Assembly (NCBI GenBank): GCA_018819665.1 | Contig: JAHJOY010000186.1 | Coordinates: 1 to 27,923 of the forward strand | Length of the DNA: 27,923 nt | Source of the DNA: a bacterium | GTDB taxonomy: Bacteria > Atribacterota > Phoenicimicrobiia > Phoenicimicrobiales > Phoenicimicrobiaceae | Reading direction: 5' to 3' | Part shown: positions 1 through 7,505 of the stretch, piece by piece | Layout of the letters: each line of letters starts with the position of its first letter | Position numbering within the stretch: the stretch's first letter is position 1 | Position numbers and translations under genes: made by a program | The notes under the pieces: model-generated | Told to the model about the DNA's origin: nothing | What the model saw: the letters and a program-made list of their open reading frames with translations, nothing else | Database searches by the model: none

Positions 1-9
1 AATCCTAAA

Positions 10-86
10 CTAGATACGATTCACGAGATACGAGATACTATATACTCGATACTAGTTATTCTCTACGCTATACTATATACTCATTA
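10..86. repeat. Degenerate heptamer tandem array (11 in-phase units)
   Basis: ctagata cgattca cgagata cgagata ctatata ctcgata ctagtta ttctcta cgctata ctatata ctcatta; 7-33 is an exact reverse complement of 24893-24919. Confidence 0.85.
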
Positions 87-101
87 TTACGAAATATTTT
101 C

Positions 102-130
102 TTGACATCCCATATTTAGTGTATTATTAT
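102..130 (+). promoter_or_regulatory. sigma70-type promoter of nrdR-nrdD operon
   Basis: TTGACA 102-107, 17-nt spacer, TATTAT 125-130. Confidence 0.75.
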
Positions 131-153
131 AAATATAATCCTACATTTAGGGG
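107..153. promoter_or_regulatory. Tandem NrdR boxes
   Basis: atcCcAtATtTaGtgt (107-122) and atcCtAcATtTaGggg (138-153) match acaCwAtATaTwGtgt; 31-bp offset; overlap the promoter spacer and the RBS. Confidence 0.8.
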
Positions 154-159
154 TGCAAG

Positions 160-609
160 ATGAAATGTCCTTATTGTGGTTATTACGATACCGGGGTAAT
201 TGAATCCAGGCACATAGAAAATGGATTAGTAGTTAGAAGAAGAAGAATTTGTAAAAAATGCAATAAAAGATTCACTACTTACGAAAGAATTGGTTTAATT
301 CCTCTGATGGTAATAAAAAAAGATGGTCGGAGGGAGCCTTTTTCTCGGGAAAAGATTACCAACGGTATTATCAAAGCCTGTGAAAAAAGACCAATTAGTA
401 TAGAGACTATAAATAATTTAGTAAACAACATAGAAGAGATCATAAAAAGTGAAGGAGTGGATGAAATTAAGAGTAATCTAATTGGAGAATTGGTTATCTC
501 CAGATTACGAGATTTAGATGAAGTAGCTTACGTAAGATTTGCCTCAGTATACAGGCAGTTTAAAGATCTAAGCAGCTTCGTAAAAGAGATAAGGAAGATT
601 ACCAAATAG
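160..609 (+). CDS. nrdR: Transcriptional repressor NrdR
   Basis: MKCPYC...RRRICKKCNKRFTTYE Zn ribbon, KKDGRRE ATP-cone, DEVAYVRFASVYRQF. Confidence 0.98.
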   Translation: MKCPYCGYYDTGVIESRHIENGLVVRRRRICKKCNKRFTTYERIGLIPLMVIKKDGRREPFSREKITNGIIKACEKRPISIETINNLVNNIEEIIKSEGVDEIKSNLIGELVISRLRDLDEVAYVRFASVYRQFKDLSSFVKEIRKITK

Positions 610-656
610 AAAAAATAATTTAATTTAACAACTATATTTTATAATGAGGTTTCAAA

Positions 657-3083
657 ATGATACAGACCATCAAAAAGAGAGAAGGCCAATTAGTAGAATT
701 TGATAAAAAGAAGATAACCGAAGCTATTTTTGCTGCTATGTTAGCAGCAGGAGAAAAAAATAAAACTATATCAGAAAAAGTAACCGATCAGGTAATTATA
801 AAATTAGAAAAAAGATTTAAGGATAAGGTTCCGCAAGTAGAAGAAGTTCAGGATGTAGTAGAAGAGGTCTTAATTAGAGAAGGCATGGTAAAGGTTGCAA
901 AGGCCTATATTTTATATCGGAATAAAAGGAGTAGAATTAGAGAGAGCTTAAAAGTTAGAAAAAAGGTAGAAAACCATGAAAGCACAACTGATCTTTCTCT
1001 GTTGGTTTCCACTCCAACCTCTGAGAATATTTCCCCCTGGGATAGGCAAAAAATTATTCGAGCTTTAGTTAAAGAAGCGGAGCTGCCTTTAAATGTTTCT
1101 ACAAAGATAGCCAAGGCAGTAGAAAAAAAGATAGTCGATTTATGCTTGAGCGAGATTTCCACCTCCTTGATTAGAGAATTGGTTGACAATGAACTGTTTA
1201 ACAGAGGATATGAACATAAGTGGAGAAAGCAAAAGATCATCGGGATGCCTACCTTTGATTTAAAACAATTATTCTTGTCCAAGAGCAAAGAAAATAGTAA
1301 TATTGGAACCAATAATCCGGAAGCTATAAATTTGACCATTGCTGAAAATACTATCAAACAATATATGCTACAGGAAGTTTTTTCCAAAGAAGTATCTAAT
1401 GCCCATTTAAAAGGCTGGATTCATATTCATGATTTGGGCTACCCAAGAATTTATTGTTCCGGTCATTCTCTCGAATTTTTAAAAAAATATGGTCTTGAAT
1501 TAGAAAATTTAGATACTTCTTCCGCCCCGGCCAGGCATACCAGAACCTTAACCGGACATTTAAACACTTTTCTGGCTTCTATGCAGGCCTATTACGCGGG
1601 CGCTTTAGGTATTGGTTATTTAAATATTATGTATGCCCCCTTTTTGGTAAATCTGCCTTTTAAAGAAATAAAACAAGAAGCTCAATATTTAATATTTAGC
1701 GGTTCACAAAATGCCTTTTCAAGAGGAGGGCAGAGTCTTTTCCTGGATTTCAATGTTCACCTCGATATTCCCCACTATCTTAGAAATATACCGGCAATCG
1801 GACCGGGAGGGAAATATACCGGAAAAACTTATGGAGAATACGAGAAAGAATCCCAACTATTTTTAAGGGCTTTGATGGAGGTTTGGAGAGAAGGGGATTA
1901 CCACGGAAAAGTTTTTGCTTTTCCTAAAATGGATCTGCACATCGATAGCAAATCTTTCGAGGACCCAGAACAGAAAAAATTATTAAAATATGCCTGTGAA
2001 ATAGCTTCTGAGAACGGTTCACCTTATTTTATTTTTGATAGGGAAGATATAAGTTTGGCCGCTTGCTGCCGATTAAAAACAGAGATAACCGATCAAGAAA
2101 TGATACAGTATCCGGAAAAGTTAAGATTTGCCGGAATACAGAATGTTACCATCAACCTGCCTCAATGCGCCTATAGGACCTTTCCTAATAATAAAATTTC
2201 CGGATCTTCTCTTAATTTGAACGATGAAGATAATTTAAAATTATTTTTCGAAAAAACCGATCAGGCTTTATGTTTGGCGGTTCGAGCTCATTTACAGAAG
2301 AAAAAGTTTTTAGAGATGATGATGGAAAATCCCAGCGGACCTTTATGGCAGATAGGCAAGATAGCCCAGGATGGCAGACCTTACGTAAATTTAGATGAAG
2401 GAACTTACTTAATAGGATTAATCGGATTGAACGAAGCAGTCCAGCATATTACCGGTAAACAACTGCATGAAAGCGAGGATGTTTTTAAGTTAGGGTTAAA
2501 AATTGTATCTTTTATGAGTTTAAAATGCAGAGAGTATAGTGAGAAGTTTAATTTAAAATTATCCTTAGAGGAATCTCCCGCTGAAAGCGCGGCGGGAAGG
2601 TTAGCTAAAATCGATTTACAGGAATTTCCAGATAGTAAAAAAGTTATAAAAGGAAATTCCAATGGAGACGAAAGTTATTATACCAATAGTATCCATTTTG
2701 CTGCTTCAGCGCCGGTAGATTTGATCACTCGAATTATTAAACAGAGTAAGTTCCATCCTTTAATCAAGAGCGGGGCGATAATTCATGCCTTTGTAGGAGA
2801 AAGTCGACCTTCACCAGAGAGTATCTATAATTTAGTTAAAAAAGTTTGGGAACATACTCAGTGTTCTCAACTTACTATTTCGCCTGAGTTTACCATATGC
2901 AATACCTGTAGTGAAGTTAGCAGAGGATTACAGGAGGATTGTAATGGATGTGGGAGTGAAGATGTATATGGAGTAACCAGGATAGTGGGATATTATAGCA
3001 AAATAACTAACTGGAATAAAAATAAGATCGGTGAACTAAAAGACCGACATTCCGGAAATTATAAAGTTAAAAGTAAAATTTAG
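657..3083 (+). CDS. nrdD: Anaerobic (class III) ribonucleoside-triphosphate reductase
   Basis: N-terminal ATP-cone (IKKREG), IHIHDL, IYCSGH, AACCRL, EESPAES, CxxC-x10-CxxC Zn site, glycyl radical loop TRIVGYY. Confidence 0.96.
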   Translation: MIQTIKKREGQLVEFDKKKITEAIFAAMLAAGEKNKTISEKVTDQVIIKLEKRFKDKVPQVEEVQDVVEEVLIREGMVKVAKAYILYRNKRSRIRESLKVRKKVENHESTTDLSLLVSTPTSENISPWDRQKIIRALVKEAELPLNVSTKIAKAVEKKIVDLCLSEISTSLIRELVDNELFNRGYEHKWRKQKIIGMPTFDLKQLFLSKSKENSNIGTNNPEAINLTIAENTIKQYMLQEVFSKEVSNAHLKGWIHIHDLGYPRIYCSGHSLEFLKKYGLELENLDTSSAPARHTRTLTGHLNTFLASMQAYYAGALGIGYLNIMYAPFLVNLPFKEIKQEAQYLIFSGSQNAFSRGGQSLFLDFNVHLDIPHYLRNIPAIGPGGKYTGKTYGEYEKESQLFLRALMEVWREGDYHGKVFAFPKMDLHIDSKSFEDPEQKKLLKYACEIASENGSPYFIFDREDISLAACCRLKTEITDQEMIQYPEKLRFAGIQNVTINLPQCAYRTFPNNKISGSSLNLNDEDNLKLFFEKTDQALCLAVRAHLQKKKFLEMMMENPSGPLWQIGKIAQDGRPYVNLDEGTYLIGLIGLNEAVQHITGKQLHESEDVFKLGLKIVSFMSLKCREYSEKFNLKLSLEESPAESAAGRLAKIDLQEFPDSKKVIKGNSNGDESYYTNSIHFAASAPVDLITRIIKQSKFHPLIKSGAIIHAFVGESRPSPESIYNLVKKVWEHTQCSQLTISPEFTICNTCSEVSRGLQEDCNGCGSEDVYGVTRIVGYYSKITNWNKNKIGELKDRHSGNYKVKSKI

Positions 3084-3100
3084 GAAAGAGTGAAAATACC

Positions 3101-3355
3101 ATGAAAATAAAAATATTCTGGCAAAAAAACTGTCCTCATTGTCCGGAAGCCAAAAATCTGGGAAAACAATTGGAAAAAGAGAGGGAGGTTCAATATTTTG
3201 ATGTAGATACGGTTGATGGTCTGGCGGAAGCAAGTTATTATGATATTGCATCCACTCCTTCTATAGTAGTCTTAGACAATAATGATAATGAGATCAAAAT
3301 ATGGAGAGGAAAGACCCCTCGCTTGGAGGAAATTAGAGAGGAAGCAGCAATTTGA
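3101..3355 (+). CDS. Small thioredoxin/glutaredoxin-like (NrdH-type) redoxin
   Basis: 84 aa, CPHC active site, cis-Pro motif STPSIVV, lies between nrdD and nrdG. Confidence 0.85.
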   Translation: MKIKIFWQKNCPHCPEAKNLGKQLEKEREVQYFDVDTVDGLAEASYYDIASTPSIVVLDNNDNEIKIWRGKTPRLEEIREEAAI

Positions 3356-4062
3356 ATATTACCATAAAACAAATGATTGAGACCTCTCTGATTGATTGGG
3401 AGGGGAAAATTGTTTCTACTTTGTATCTCCCTTTATGTAATTTTAGATGTCCCTTCTGCTATAATTGTGATTTAATATTACATCCGGATAATTTTAAAAA
3501 TATTCCTCAAAAAGAAATAGACAGTTATCTTTTAGAGAGAAAAGATTTTATCGATGGCATATGTATGAGTGGAGGAGAGCCCACCCTATACCCCGATTTA
3601 CCTGTATATTTTAAAGGAATAAAGGATAAAGGTTTTTTAATAAAGCTGGATACTAATGGTACTAATCCGAAATTATTAGAAAATCTCATAGATTTTGGTT
3701 TGGTGGATTATATTGCCCTGGATATTAAGTCATCATTAGATTTTGGTAATTATTCTAAAGCCGCGGGTATTATAGATAAGATGATGATGGAGAAGGTAAA
3801 AAATAGTATTGAATTAATAATGAACTCAAAAATTGATTATGAATTTCGTACTACTGTCGTGCCTTTATTGCACTCCGATGAGACTATTATGGAAATTGCT
3901 AGGTATATTGCTGGGGCAAAAAAATATGTCTTACAAAATTTCTCTCCTTTAGAGAAGACCCTCGATCCTTCTTTTCAAAAAATAAAACCCTATTCTGATG
4001 AAAAGATTCAGGAATTATCGGAAAAAGCCAAAAAATATGTTCCCAATTGTTGTTGGAGATGA
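3352..4062 (+). CDS. nrdG: Anaerobic RNR activating radical-SAM protein
   Basis: CNFRCPFC radical SAM motif, SGGEPT, KLDTNG, YEFRTT; TTG start overlaps upstream TGA. Confidence 0.93.
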   Translation: MNITIKQMIETSLIDWEGKIVSTLYLPLCNFRCPFCYNCDLILHPDNFKNIPQKEIDSYLLERKDFIDGICMSGGEPTLYPDLPVYFKGIKDKGFLIKLDTNGTNPKLLENLIDFGLVDYIALDIKSSLDFGNYSKAAGIIDKMMMEKVKNSIELIMNSKIDYEFRTTVVPLLHSDETIMEIARYIAGAKKYVLQNFSPLEKTLDPSFQKIKPYSDEKIQELSEKAKKYVPNCCWR

Positions 4063-4109
4063 AAATTAGTCTTTAGTGAAAAGAATAGCGTTTTATTTTT
4101 ACCTAAATA

Positions 4110-4118
4110 TGTTATACT
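4110..4118 (+). promoter_or_regulatory. Extended -10 promoter upstream of glycine riboswitch
   Basis: TG-T-TATACT at 4110-4118; no clear -35. Confidence 0.5.
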
Positions 4119-4167
4119 ATATAAAACTATTTTGAATCGAGATTAGTACAATTAAATAAATTTTTAT

Positions 4168-4356
4168 TCTGGATGAAAGTAATGGGAGAGGTCTTTTCTG
4201 TTACGGAGAAGAAGCCGAAGGGGCAAGATGTATGATACATTTAAACTCTCAGGCAAAAGGACCATTGCCGGACAGAACTCTGGAAGGTTTTTTAATAAAC
4301 ACCGAAGGGGTAATTTCCAATATTCTGGAAAAATCTCTCAGGTAAAAAGACAGGGT
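4168..4356 (+). ncRNA. Tandem glycine riboswitch (two aptamers plus leader)
   Basis: Aptamer 1: GGAGAG...GCCGAAGGGGCAA...AAACTCTCAGGCAAAAGGAC with P1 gtaatgg/ccattgc. Aptamer 2: CTCTGGAAGG...CACCGAAGGGGTAA...AATCTCTCAGGTAAAAAGACAGGG. GGATGAA leader at 4171. Confidence 0.93.
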
Positions 4357-4389
4357 AAGAAATTCCGTTGGAGTATCTTACCCTTTTTT
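4352..4389 (+). terminator. Intrinsic terminator, riboswitch expression platform
   Basis: agggtaaga (4352-4360) / tcttaccct (4376-4384) 9-bp stem followed by T-tract; 5' arm overlaps the 3' P1 strand of aptamer 2. Confidence 0.85.
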
Positions 4390-4440
4390 ATTTTGATACA
4401 GTATAAGTAGTAAAAAATATTTGCAAAAAGTAGAGATAAT

Positions 4441-5268
4441 TTGAACCAGGATTTTGAATTAAAAGAACTTGGACAAATAAAATATTTCAACTGTAGAGAA
4501 TTGGACAACACCAACTTAGTAGTAAATGCTTTTACTACTCGAACAGGTGGGGTAAGCAGAACCCCCTTTGATAACCTTAATTTATCCTATAATGTAGGTG
4601 ATGAAGAAAGCCGCGTAGCAGAAAACAGAAAAATAATTTTAGATTCTTTAAACATTGATTATCGAACCACGATAACTGCCCAGCAAGTCCATAAAGATAA
4701 AATAAGCTTAGTAAGAAAAGAAGATAAAGGTAAGGGAGCCTTTAAATATTCTAAGGGAATCGCACAAACCGATGCCTTAATTACAGATATCCCCGGTATA
4801 CCGCTTCTAATGTGTTATGCTGATTGTGTACCTATTTTTATTTTAGACCCTGTCAAAAAAGCTATTGCCCTAATTCATAGTGGAAGAAAGGGAACAGAAT
4901 TGGAATTAACCTTAAAAACTTTGTTCAAGATGAAAAAAATCTTTGAGAGCCATCCCCGCTCCTGCTTAGCTGCCATTTTTCCCTCCATTGGTCCCTGCTG
5001 TTATTGCATTAAAGAGGAAAATAAAATTGATGATTATTGGTTAAATGAAATTAAATATAATGGTGAACCAATTTCCCTGCAAAACAAGAGCGGGAGGAGC
5101 CTTGATTTAAGAAAAGCAAACTATGGGCAATTAATTAAAGGAGGAGTGGAGGAAAAGAATATTTTTGTTAATGAGATTTGTACGGCAGATTACCCTGAAC
5201 TTTTCTTTTCCTACCGAAGGGATAAGGGAAATACCGGCCGTATGGCCGCTATCTTTATGTTAAAGTAA
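4441..5268 (+). CDS. pgeF: Peptidoglycan editing factor / purine nucleoside phosphorylase (YfiH/YlmD family)
   Basis: FTTRTGGVS, NLNLS, QQVH, DALIT, ADC, HSG, FFSYRR, GRM; His-Cys-His triad present; TTG start. Confidence 0.93.
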   Translation: MNQDFELKELGQIKYFNCRELDNTNLVVNAFTTRTGGVSRTPFDNLNLSYNVGDEESRVAENRKIILDSLNIDYRTTITAQQVHKDKISLVRKEDKGKGAFKYSKGIAQTDALITDIPGIPLLMCYADCVPIFILDPVKKAIALIHSGRKGTELELTLKTLFKMKKIFESHPRSCLAAIFPSIGPCCYCIKEENKIDDYWLNEIKYNGEPISLQNKSGRSLDLRKANYGQLIKGGVEEKNIFVNEICTADYPELFFSYRRDKGNTGRMAAIFMLK

Positions 5269-5340
5269 TAATAAAATGATTGCAATCCAAAAAGTAAACA
5301 AAATAGTAATGTAATCATATTAAAATATAGGGAGGAAGGT

Positions 5341-5646
5341 ATGCGGATAAAAGAGCATCCCATTTTGGAATTTAATCAGAAAGAAAAGATAAAATTCACC
5401 TTAGATGGGGAAGAATTAGAGGGCTATAAGGGTGAACCCATTGCTTCTGCCCTGGTGGCTGCCGGAGTAAAGGTGTTAAGCAGAAGCATTAAATATCACC
5501 GCCCCAGAGGATTTTTTTGTGCCATAGGAAAATGTTCAGCTTGTCAAATGAAAGTAAACGGTATTCCCAACATCAGAACCTGTGTAACTAAATTAGAAGA
5601 AGGGATGAAAGTAGAAACTCAAAAAGGGAAAGGTGATTTTAAGTGA
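5341..5646 (+). CDS. 2Fe-2S protein (HcnA-like / N-terminal domain of sarcosine oxidase or proline dehydrogenase alpha)
   Basis: GEPIASAL, HRPRGFFCAIGKCSAC...NIRTC; strong RBS ggaggaagg. Confidence 0.88.
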   Translation: MRIKEHPILEFNQKEKIKFTLDGEELEGYKGEPIASALVAAGVKVLSRSIKYHRPRGFFCAIGKCSACQMKVNGIPNIRTCVTKLEEGMKVETQKGKGDFK

Positions 5647-6743
5647 AAATGACCGATATAGCAATTATTGGAGGAGGTCCCGCAGGATTATCAGCAGCAA
5701 TTTATGCTGCTTCCTTAGGGGCAAAAGTAATTCTTATTGACGACGGTTTAGAACTCGGTGGACAGTTAATTAAACAGACCCATAAATTTTTTGGTTCCGA
5801 AAAACAGTTTGCCGGGATCAGAGGCATAGAGATTGCCAAAAAGATGATCCAGGATATCAAGGAATATGACAATATTGAAGTCATCGCCAATGCTACAGTC
5901 ACCGGCCATTATGAAGATGAGGTCATTACCATTGTCCAGGGAGTTAATGGTGATATATTAAAAAAAATAAAGGCCAACAGAATTATTGTAGCTACCGGTG
6001 CATCAGAGAATATGCTGCCTTTTGTAAATAACGACTTGCCTGGAGTCTATGGTGCCGGGGCGGTGCAGACCTTAATGAATCTTTACGGCGTAGTCCCGGG
6101 TAATAATATTTTAATGGTCGGGGCAGGCAATATCGGTCTGATTGTAAGCTACCAGCTCCTGCAAGCCGGGATTAAGGTAGAGGCAATAGTGGAAGCCCTT
6201 CCCAAGATAGGCGGATATCTGGTGCATGCCTCTAAGATTAGACGTTTGGGAGTACCTATCTATACTTCTCATTCTCTTAAAGAAGTTTATGGTACAGACT
6301 GTGTAGAAAAAGCCGTAATTTCTAAAATTAATAAAAATTTTGAATTTATTCCGGGGACAGAAAAAGAACTTCAAGTTGACACTATCTGCTTAGCTATAGG
6401 CTTATCTCCACTTTCTGATCTGCTCTGGCAGGCCGGTTGTCAGATGAAGTATATTTCTGAACTTGGAGGCTATGTTGCTTTAAGAGATGATAATATGAAA
6501 TCAAGTTTAAAAAATATTTATATTGCTGGAGATGTAGCCGGCATCGAAGAAGCCAGTAGTGCGATGTTAGAAGGACAAATTGCTGGTTTAAATGCTGCCA
6601 CGAGCTTAGGATATAAATGTGATAATTTTACAAAGTTAAATAAAAGCTTAAAAGCAGAATTAAAAGAATTGCGAGCTAACCCTTTAAGTGAAGAGATAAA
6701 GATAGGTATGGAAAAAGCCCTGATAAAGGAGGGGAAGGATTAA
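5643..6743 (+). CDS. NAD(P)/FAD-dependent oxidoreductase (proline dehydrogenase alpha / HcnB-like)
   Basis: GGGPAGLSAA, LGGQL, ATGA, NDLPGV, GAGNIG, IYIAGD. Confidence 0.9.
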   Translation: MKMTDIAIIGGGPAGLSAAIYAASLGAKVILIDDGLELGGQLIKQTHKFFGSEKQFAGIRGIEIAKKMIQDIKEYDNIEVIANATVTGHYEDEVITIVQGVNGDILKKIKANRIIVATGASENMLPFVNNDLPGVYGAGAVQTLMNLYGVVPGNNILMVGAGNIGLIVSYQLLQAGIKVEAIVEALPKIGGYLVHASKIRRLGVPIYTSHSLKEVYGTDCVEKAVISKINKNFEFIPGTEKELQVDTICLAIGLSPLSDLLWQAGCQMKYISELGGYVALRDDNMKSSLKNIYIAGDVAGIEEASSAMLEGQIAGLNAATSLGYKCDNFTKLNKSLKAELKELRANPLSEEIKIGMEKALIKEGKD

Positions 6744-6745
6744 CC

Positions 6746-7240
6746 ATGTTAGAAAGAACTGGCATACCAACCGATGATGATTTAGAAAAAGTAATTCCGA
6801 ATAAAGAAAGATTAGCAAAAGGACCAGTAGTCATAATAGAATGCTTTCAGAAGATACCCTGTGACCCTTGTGCCATATCCTGTAAACTTGGGGCAATAAA
6901 ACCCTTTAAAGATATAAACGATTTACCTCAGGTCGATTTTGATAAGTGTACCGGATGCGGGATTTGTATCAGTTCCTGCCCCGGTCTGGCCATATTCGTA
7001 ATAGACGAGAATTATTCAGATGAAAAATCTTTAATCAAACTACCTCATGAAATGTTACCTCTACCCCAGAAAGGAGAAGAGATTTATGCCTTAGATAGGG
7101 CAGGAGAAACAGTTGGTAAAGCAAAAGTAGTAAAAGTCCTAAAGATTAAAAGTAAGACCAATATAATTTCCATATCAGTTCCAAAAAATATGGCCATGAA
7201 GATTAGAAGTATAAGAGCGGAGGATAAACGCAATGGATGA
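6746..7240 (+). CDS. 2x[4Fe-4S] ferredoxin-type subunit (proline dehydrogenase gamma-like)
   Basis: CFQKIPCDPCAISC and CTGCGICISSCP. Confidence 0.88.
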   Translation: MLERTGIPTDDDLEKVIPNKERLAKGPVVIIECFQKIPCDPCAISCKLGAIKPFKDINDLPQVDFDKCTGCGICISSCPGLAIFVIDENYSDEKSLIKLPHEMLPLPQKGEEIYALDRAGETVGKAKVVKVLKIKSKTNIISISVPKNMAMKIRSIRAEDKRNG

Positions 7241-7505
7241 CAATGTAATAATTTGTCAGTGTGAAGATGTAACCTGGGGAGAAATTAGACAGGCCTTAGA
7301 AAAAGGTTATACTACCCTTGATGAAATTAAAAGGGTTACCCGAGCGGGAATGGGAAGATGTCAGGGCACGACTTGCCGTAGGATTATCTTAAGGGAAATC
7401 GCTAAGTTTTGCCATAAGAGCATAGAAGAGGTAGCTATACCTACCTTTAGGCCCCCCACCAAGCCGGTAAAATTAGGGACTCTGGCAGGTGATGACGATG
7501 ATTAA
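7233..7505 (+). CDS. BFD-like [2Fe-2S] subunit (proline dehydrogenase delta-like)
   Basis: ICQCEDVT...TRAGMGRCQGTTC...RPP. Confidence 0.88.
   Translation: MDDNVIICQCEDVTWGEIRQALEKGYTTLDEIKRVTRAGMGRCQGTTCRRIILREIAKFCHKSIEEVAIPTFRPPTKPVKLGTLAGDDDD

Noticed and set aside
629-644. Third NrdR box before nrdD (caactatattttataa)
   Set aside because: Lacks the conserved G and has no partner box
4063-4356. Link between the glycine riboswitch and the glycyl-radical RNR upstream
   Set aside because: The riboswitch is downstream of nrdG and oriented toward pgeF; the glycyl radical is on a protein residue, not free glycine
4228-4410. 60-aa ORF
   Set aside because: Lies over the glycine riboswitch and terminator; no family motif
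5276-5318. Inverted repeat ATGATTGCA/TGTAATCAT as operator or internal promoter
   Set aside because: Short, imperfect and in AT-rich DNA; not supportable, though it could uncouple the redox genes from the riboswitch
5620-5650. Programmed frameshift fusing the 2Fe-2S ORF to the oxidoreductase
   Set aside because: The -1 frame has TAA at 5640-5642, there is no in-frame slippery heptamer, and the second ORF has its own SD
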